The notes under the pieces were generated by a model. The model was not told the DNA's origin and searched no databases. It saw only the letters and a program-made list of their open reading frames with translations. This document shows positions 22,401-27,008 of a DNA stretch of 32,000 nt, piece by piece; positions within the stretch are counted from its first letter, which is position 1, and every line of letters starts with the position of its first letter. Location of the stretch: assembly GCA_030615765.1 (NCBI GenBank), contig JAUWYP010000011.1, forward strand, positions 21,867-53,866. The letters run 5' to 3'. This stretch comes from Dehalococcoidia bacterium (GTDB taxonomy: Bacteria > Chloroflexota > Dehalococcoidia > SM23-28-2). Position numbers and translations under genes: made by a program.

Positions 22401-22730
22401 TTCGAGTCAGATGAGTCCAAACAGGAGTTCCGAAACTTGCTGGCTCAGGCAGACGAGACGATCGAGCTGCCGCCCGCTGCCACTCGGGAGGCGGCCTACG
22501 AGGCGGTGGGCGAGTACATCGTCGATCACTGCGACGTGCTCGTCACCGTCTGGGACGGCCAGGGCGCGCAGGGCCAGGGCGGGACAGGCGGGGTGGTGGC
22601 GCGCGCCCGCGAGCGTGGCCTCCCGATCGCCTGGGTGCACGCCGGCAACCGCAAGCCCGGAACGAACGAGCCGACCTCCCTGGGCACTGAGCAGGGAATG
22701 GTGACCTTTGAGCGTCTCGAGCCCGCCTGA
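19401..22730 (+). CDS. Multidomain protein: degenerate PfkB/ribokinase-like domain - AAA+ ATPase - RyR x2 - C-terminal SLOG (LOG/DprA/YpsA-like) domain
   Basis: ATG 19401 overlaps the upstream stop (ATGA 19401-19404). PfkB-like order of motifs: RVVVTGDVTMDWNL / LGGAALLADL / LIVIMTINDLRLSEV / AHVVVSLNTDGAFLLS / PGGMVGYTTCLTAGIAREL; the GAGD catalytic motif is not conserved. AAA+: Walker A GPPGSGKS (20805-20828), Walker B PLVFWDEFD, and YRHGARSIKAIV (sensor-2-like). RyR: MLELLAEQEHERWLWARLRAGWRYGAIRNNRRKLHPALLPWRPLSLEE...DKEKDREAV, plus an upstream copy (aa ~722-808). SLOG: VIVGVTGHR...SALAEGADCLVV...LVTVWDGQGAQGQGGTGGVV (22167-22655). Confidence 0.85.
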   Translation: MTDETRKTRDRRARVRTPRSQRRVVVTGDVTMDWNLARTRRAEGAGAAWNAEDTTEGYLQLGGAALLADLIQTVVDRFPPGAEKFEVRRAGLPGGFSLEAPEFHHSFALWSAYESADTPRVWRVKEFLGLDRPSAEAQPAPKGEQVVDDPVEADLVILDDAALGFRDDRGLWPKVIREPAGLQPWVLLKMARPIAQGDLWEHLRQHFAERLIVIMTINDLRLSEVQISRELSWERTGEDLARELVSNPRVNALSQCAHVVVSLNTDGAFLLSRRDEPDRRSPGETRPECHLFFDPKTIEGVWAQQYPGGMVGYTTCLTAGIARELMLMPADPDVRRGIQRGLAAMRTLHLVGYGSREPDARADLKFPYEDVADELAREREQFAVAEVPAPHGGSWRILEARYPEGLERVARQIAREGAEVALEGVPLGRFGDLLTVDRAEIEDFRSIRSLIHEYSRGRPTRPLSIAVFGPPGSGKSFGIVQVVESLPGEFERLDFNLSQLNEPAELHGAFHQVRDVALAGCIPLVFWDEFDTTLGGTQLGWLRYFLVPMQDGTFQEGELMHPIGPAVFVFAGGTSHRMAAFETMAMKDTGAKATDFLSRLKGYVDILGPNPRDGDAATDPYYLIRRAILLRSVLLRDQPDLFELRDGNKLLRIDSGVLRAFLETREYRHGARSIKAIVAMSLLHGKTHFERSALPAAGQLDVHVQADDFLALAQRHEPEEEALEALAEAAHVVYCAGRLEEGHRWRERDVAYLERHSLLKPFAASAYDGTEMLPALVSWENLSGEDREQNRGQVRHIPSRLEALGYVMRKARGGVDPTAFVLSRRMLELLAEQEHERWLWARLRAGWRYGAIRNNRRKLHPALLPWRPLSLEEREQSYGVCEDRLGPGELVEGDKEKDREAVREMTQIVAAAGCEIVKVREPAVIVGVTGHRILAEVEKIKKGIGEALDRVERSFPGKPLTVMSALAEGADCLVVKRVLARSTGGLVAVLPLAAADYETDFESDESKQEFRNLLAQADETIELPPAATREAAYEAVGEYIVDHCDVLVTVWDGQGAQGQGGTGGVVARARERGLPIAWVHAGNRKPGTNEPTSLGTEQGMVTFERLEPA

Positions 22731-22778
22731 TCCGCCGGGGCCGGCCTTGAGCGGTCTGCATTGCTGGCGGCCAAAGTC

Positions 22779-22955
22779 ATGAAGCGACTCTGCGCCGGTG
22801 ATGTTTCATACTCCTCTATCGTGAGAGAAATCAGGCGCAAGAGGCCGGGGGCGCTGTCTAACCCGTGGTTCGTCCGGTTTCTGCTGCGAGGAGAGCAAGA
22901 GAGGGAGATACAGAGTCTGCTTCGCGAGGGAGATGAAGATCAGCAGTATGGGTGA
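22779..22955 (+). CDS. Possible small protein (58 aa), HTH-like; weak call
   Basis: MKRLCAGDVSYSSIVREIRRKRPGALSNPWFVRFLLRGEQEREIQSLLREGDEDQQYG. Lies in a visibly less GC-rich intergenic stretch. No clear SD. Confidence 0.3.
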   Translation: MKRLCAGDVSYSSIVREIRRKRPGALSNPWFVRFLLRGEQEREIQSLLREGDEDQQYG

Positions 22956-23031
22956 GCTCAGCCGATTGTCCTATTCTGCTGACCGTGACACAGAGCGGAC
23001 TGACGTGAGTGCTCTCGTAGGACTAGTTCGC

Positions 23032-23040
23032 ATGATATAA
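23032..23040 (+). promoter_or_regulatory. Extended -10 promoter element (TGaTATAAT) upstream of the 865-aa WD40 gene
   Basis: catGaTATAATg at 23032-23040, 34 nt before ATG 23074. No good -35. Confidence 0.35.
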
Positions 23041-23073
23041 TGCGCGTACGAATCGCACAAGTAGGTACGAGGA

Positions 23074-25671
23074 ATGACGCACAGCGATGACGGCAACCCG
23101 GCTCAACCGGCACCGTCCTCCCTAGCCGAGCACCGCGAGCAGCTCGCCCTCCTTTCGCGCACGCTGGAGCGCGAGGCGCACATCTTGGCGCGGGAGCCGG
23201 AGGTGCTGGCCTCGCACCTGCACAACATGGTCTACCTGGACGAGGGCGATGATGGCCCCGCGGGCCCGCTGCTGGCTCGGGCACGCGACGCCCTGTCCGG
23301 ACGCCCCTGGCTGCGCCTCATCAACCGGCCACAGGTCGGAATAAGCCGCCGGGCACTGATCCGTGTCTTGGGCGACAGAATCGGTGCCACGTGTCTGGCT
23401 TGGTCATCCGACGGGCGAGTGCTGGCCGTCGGAACCATAGAGGGAATAGCACTGTGGATGGCAGATGGGATACCGGGTCCGGGCCTAGATCTTCGAGTCA
23501 GCGTAGAGACGCTGATCTGGTCACCAGACGGTCGACAGATCGCGTGGACGGACGAAGTTGGGAAGGCCCATGTGTGGACGCCCGGAACAAGCGAGCATCC
23601 AAGAAGCGTACAGGGCCACGGCCGAGACCAGGTCACATCGGTAGGCTGGTTGGATAACGAGACGCTCTTTCTCGCCACCGAGTTCGACGGCATTTTCGTC
23701 TGGCGTCTAGGAGCTCCAGGTCTGCGCCCCAGAGTGCTTGTGAGACAGAAAGAAGATGAGAGCGTGGAGACAGCTGCAGTGAGCCCGGATGGGAAAATGC
23801 TTGCCTGGACCGAGTACTCGAGTGTCTACATCAAGTCTCTTATCCCGCCCGGCCGTCGCACCTGGCTCGGTGCGTGCCACGATGTCGTTAAGTACTTGTC
23901 GTGGTCTGTGGATTCAATGTACCTTGCCTGCGCGGGGGACGGCTATGGGGTCACGATCTGGAGCGTTGAGACGAGGGCACCATTGACTATCGACGACGCG
24001 GCCCCTCCCCTGGCGTGGTCGCCGCGCGAATACACGTTGGCGTCCGGAGGGGATGGAACAGGAATTTACCTGTGGGATGGCCGCACCGGGAAGCCTACGT
24101 CGGTCCTCTACGGCCATCTCGCCTGGCTTGAGAGTCTAGCTTGGGCTCCAGACGGAAGGACTCTAGCATCAGGCAGCCACGATGCGGTGCGTTTGTGGGA
24201 CGCGGAGACGGCTACAAGGTGGCCGGGAACCAGGCAGAGGAAGCTTACCGAAATCCAGCGGCGTCGCTTGCCGGAGGTGAAGGATGTCGAGTGGTCCTCC
24301 GATGGGCAAGCATTTGCCTCAACCCATTACGAAACAAGCCGAAGGAAATCAGCTGTCTGCGTCTGGAAGGGGAAAACCGGTGACGAAGTCGCGATTCGTG
24401 AGGGTCTCGGGTTTGGCCAGCCCCGAATTGCCTGGTGTCCCGCTATTGATGTCCTATCGATGGCAATTGATTTCAACCTCATCTCGTGGGCTATTCCGGT
24501 CGATAGGCCGCTCAAAGGGCACGAAGGCGAAATCGATGCCCTGGCGTGGTCACGGCGCGGCGACTTGCTGGCCTCCGGTGATACAAAGGGAACGACACGC
24601 ATTTCCTGTGCCGCTAGCGTGTTTCATCTAGCTAAGCGTATGGGGGTAGATCAGTGGGCATCGCGATTGGGCGACGAGGATGATTGGACATGGGAGACCG
24701 GCGAAGGGTCCATCTGCAACTTGGAGTGGTTAGGAGAGGACGAGGTGTTGGTGGGGTTCGTACTCGGCCCGGGAATAGACATGGAGGCAGCAGAAGGTGG
24801 CGGTGCCTCGTATGTGAATCCACAGAAAGCGGCCATTTGGCATCTTGACTCAGGACGTCAACACCTGATCCCAGTCGGTTACGGGAGCGGCCGTCGCGAC
24901 GCCTTGAGGTGCTCGCCCGTCGGGTATCGCTTTGCAGTGTCGCATCTGAAACACCCCAAGAAGGAGCCGACAAGCCTGCAAGATGCCATGGCGCCTCTGC
25001 AGCATCTTACATCGATATGGGACGCTCGAGGTCTGCGCTGCGAGGTGGAGTTGGAGGGCGACGTAGCGACGTGCGGGTGGTCTCCAGACGGCTCTATACT
25101 GGTACTAGAGCGCGAAGATGAGTTGGTTCTTTGGGACAGCACTAGGCGGAAACCACGTGAGGTCTTGAAAGGCCATGGGCAGATTCAGGATGCAAGCTGG
25201 TCACCGAACAGCAGCTCATTTATATGGACCTCCGTTGATGCGAGCGTATGGATGTGGAACACGACGAACGGTGTAACGCGTCTGCTCCCGCCAGCTAGCG
25301 GGGGAGCGTCACGTCTTCTGTGGGCTCCTGACGGTGAGAAGTTGGTTTTGGCTGGCGTCTATGAGTACGACGCTGACTCCGAAGAGGACTTCCGAGAAGA
25401 GCAGTCAAGTCCTCGGTTGCCTCAAGTGGTGGACTTGTGGGATATGATCTCTGGCAGTTCAGTCGCGCGTGCGTACTGCCTCTCCCCTGTTCTTGCCCTC
25501 CAGTTCAGCTCGGACGGCCGCATCTTGCGGGCAGCGGACGATGGCAGCGCCACCGGCAACCGGCCCATCCCCTACCTCTTCGAGCTGTGCAACATCGAGA
25601 TAGGTTCGCCGGCGGTGCGCCCTGTCTCGCCACAGGAAACGCCGGGCGTGGAGCGAAATGGCGAAGCTTGA
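23074..25671 (+). CDS. Divergent WD40/beta-propeller repeat protein with an NLR-type pre-WD40 helical N-terminus and no NTPase domain
   Basis: The N-terminus LSRTLEREAHILAREPEVLASHLHNMVYL...RPWLRLINRP parallels LGRESHVLHRRPDLLWQQLYNRLQW...APWMRVRTP of the NLR. Degenerate WD units follow: WSPDGRQIAWTDEVGKAHVW, VSPDGKMLAW, LYGHLAWLESLAWAPDGRTLASGSHDAVRLWD, LKGHEGEIDALAWSRRGDLLASGD, LKGHGQIQDASWSP. Confidence 0.8.
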   Translation: MTHSDDGNPAQPAPSSLAEHREQLALLSRTLEREAHILAREPEVLASHLHNMVYLDEGDDGPAGPLLARARDALSGRPWLRLINRPQVGISRRALIRVLGDRIGATCLAWSSDGRVLAVGTIEGIALWMADGIPGPGLDLRVSVETLIWSPDGRQIAWTDEVGKAHVWTPGTSEHPRSVQGHGRDQVTSVGWLDNETLFLATEFDGIFVWRLGAPGLRPRVLVRQKEDESVETAAVSPDGKMLAWTEYSSVYIKSLIPPGRRTWLGACHDVVKYLSWSVDSMYLACAGDGYGVTIWSVETRAPLTIDDAAPPLAWSPREYTLASGGDGTGIYLWDGRTGKPTSVLYGHLAWLESLAWAPDGRTLASGSHDAVRLWDAETATRWPGTRQRKLTEIQRRRLPEVKDVEWSSDGQAFASTHYETSRRKSAVCVWKGKTGDEVAIREGLGFGQPRIAWCPAIDVLSMAIDFNLISWAIPVDRPLKGHEGEIDALAWSRRGDLLASGDTKGTTRISCAASVFHLAKRMGVDQWASRLGDEDDWTWETGEGSICNLEWLGEDEVLVGFVLGPGIDMEAAEGGGASYVNPQKAAIWHLDSGRQHLIPVGYGSGRRDALRCSPVGYRFAVSHLKHPKKEPTSLQDAMAPLQHLTSIWDARGLRCEVELEGDVATCGWSPDGSILVLEREDELVLWDSTRRKPREVLKGHGQIQDASWSPNSSSFIWTSVDASVWMWNTTNGVTRLLPPASGGASRLLWAPDGEKLVLAGVYEYDADSEEDFREEQSSPRLPQVVDLWDMISGSSVARAYCLSPVLALQFSSDGRILRAADDGSATGNRPIPYLFELCNIEIGSPAVRPVSPQETPGVERNGEA

Positions 25672-26399
25672 TGTAACGGAGCCCCTGGCGAGAGCACTGA
25701 TGCGCGAGGTCGCTCCCATCGTGGAGCGGCTCACGGGCTGGCGGCTGCACGTCGAGCAGATGGCGGTGCAGATCCTTCCCAAAACCCAGGCGTACGAAGA
25801 GATCTTCCTCGCAAGACTCCAGCGCCTCTCGCCAAGCGGGGACCTCTCTGCCTTCAGCGAAGGGATCGCCCGTCGGCTGGCGGAGTACGTGCTGGAGGGG
25901 ACAACCCTCGCTGCCTATGACCACACGAACGGCACTCTGTACGTCGTCCGGGAGAATGTGGACGACAGCGACAAGGACGGGCTCAAGGTCATCCTCGGCC
26001 ACGAGCTGGTGCACCGGGGGCAGGGTCTTCATCACCCGGACCTGCTCCGACGCACGGAACAGGTGGCCGCTGAGGTGCTCTCCGCGGAGACCATATCCGG
26101 CAAGATGGAGAAGATCCAGGAGGCCAATGCGGTCTTGACCCTTTTTGGAGGGCCACGCGACCCTGGTACAGGGCGTCCTGCGCCGCCTGTACCCGAAGGC
26201 GAAAATCGAGCGCCATTGGGGGATAACGGCGCTCCTCTTTCGCAGCCTCGGCTTCCTCAAGGCGCGCCAGTACACCGTCGGCACCAAGCGTCTGGCCGCG
26301 CTCAAGTCACCGAAAGAACTGGAGGCGCTCTACCGAAGCCCTGGGCGAGTTCAAGAGCTGTTCGGCGCCGCATCAAGAAGGAAGAAGGTCACGTCGTGA
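25658..26399 (+). pseudogene. HExxH zinc metallopeptidase (DUF2342/Zincin_2-like), interrupted by a frameshift in a T5 run at 26142-26146
   Basis: Frame A (25658-) contains VILGHELVHRGQ and reads normally up to ..EANAVLTL, then becomes Pro/Gly-rich noise. Frame B (track ORF 26145..26399) continues LEGHATLVQGVLRRLYPKAKIERHWG..., giving the family-typical L(L)EGHA motif if one T is removed. ATG 25658 overlaps the end of the WD40 gene by 14 nt. Confidence 0.7.
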
Positions 26400-26515
26400 G
26401 GGCTGTTGATGACGCGAACTCCTTGGAGGGCGGGGCGTTGGCTGCGAGTTCCCGTTGATGCGGGGGAGGGTTGCGCCCCGCCTGGGCGGTCGGGTACCGA
26501 ACTTGACGGGGAACC

Positions 26516-26743
26516 CTAGGAGAAGTGGTATCGGATAACCTTCCTGCCATTCACCACGTCGCCGGTCTTCACTGACTCGCTGGACACAACGATTCGGATG
26601 TCCGCATCAGGGTAGCCCTTTGAATTCGTCTCCACGTACCGTCCTGCGGGCAGCTTCTGACTCTCGTGCCAAACGTAGATGTCGATCTCGCGATCGCCGG
26701 CTGCCAGCATCTGGTCAAGGACTGTAGCGTATCCCTCAGGCAT
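26516..26743 (-). CDS. Small hypothetical protein (75 aa)
   Basis: Internal ATG 26743 preceded by GGAGGAGG with 6-nt spacing: MPEGYATVLDQMLAAGDREIDIYVWHESQKLPAGRYVETNSKGYPDADIRIVVSSESVKTGDVVNGRKVIRYHFS. No family recognised. Confidence 0.5.
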   Translation of the reverse strand: MPEGYATVLDQMLAAGDREIDIYVWHESQKLPAGRYVETNSKGYPDADIRIVVSSESVKTGDVVNGRKVIRYHFS

Positions 26744-26861
26744 CTTCGACCTCCTCCGCGGCTGGCCGCTCGGATGCGTATTGCCCAAGGCGAGCTGCAT
26801 TCTCTGCGTCAGAACGATTACTAGCCCTGGCCATTGAGGTAGCCCGGCGGCCGCCGCAGTG

Positions 26862-26890
26862 ATATTACACGGCTATGGAGATGGTGGCAA
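26862..26890 (-). promoter_or_regulatory. sigma70-type promoter for the 26743 small gene
   Basis: Minus strand reads TTGCCA (26890-26885) - 17 nt - TAATAT (26867-26862). Confidence 0.5.
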
Positions 26891-27008
26891 CGGGTTAGCC
26901 CCTCCATACCTGAGCGTTCTCTGGCGGCCCGTGAGCGGCTGGCTCGTGTGGTAAAATGTGTCCGCCTTGGGAGGTATTGACAATGACGGGTGGGCATAGT
27001 GGCCAGCC

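Noticed and set aside
22731-22760. GC-rich palindrome-like stretch after the 1109-aa stop (gccggggccggcc) as a terminator
   Set aside because: The stem is about 5 bp with a 2-nt loop and there is no T-tract, so it is not a credible intrinsic terminator.
25505-26305. 266-aa minus-strand ORF
   Set aside because: Antisense to the HExxH peptidase gene and the WD40 gene end. The sequence is Arg/Pro-rich and has no motifs.
26977-27008. TTGACA at 26977-26982 as the -35 of a promoter giving a leaderless 27009 mRNA
   Set aside because: No -10-like hexamer lies at 16-18 nt spacing. The best candidates are TAGTGG at a 14-nt spacer and CATAGT at 12 nt. The call is too weak.
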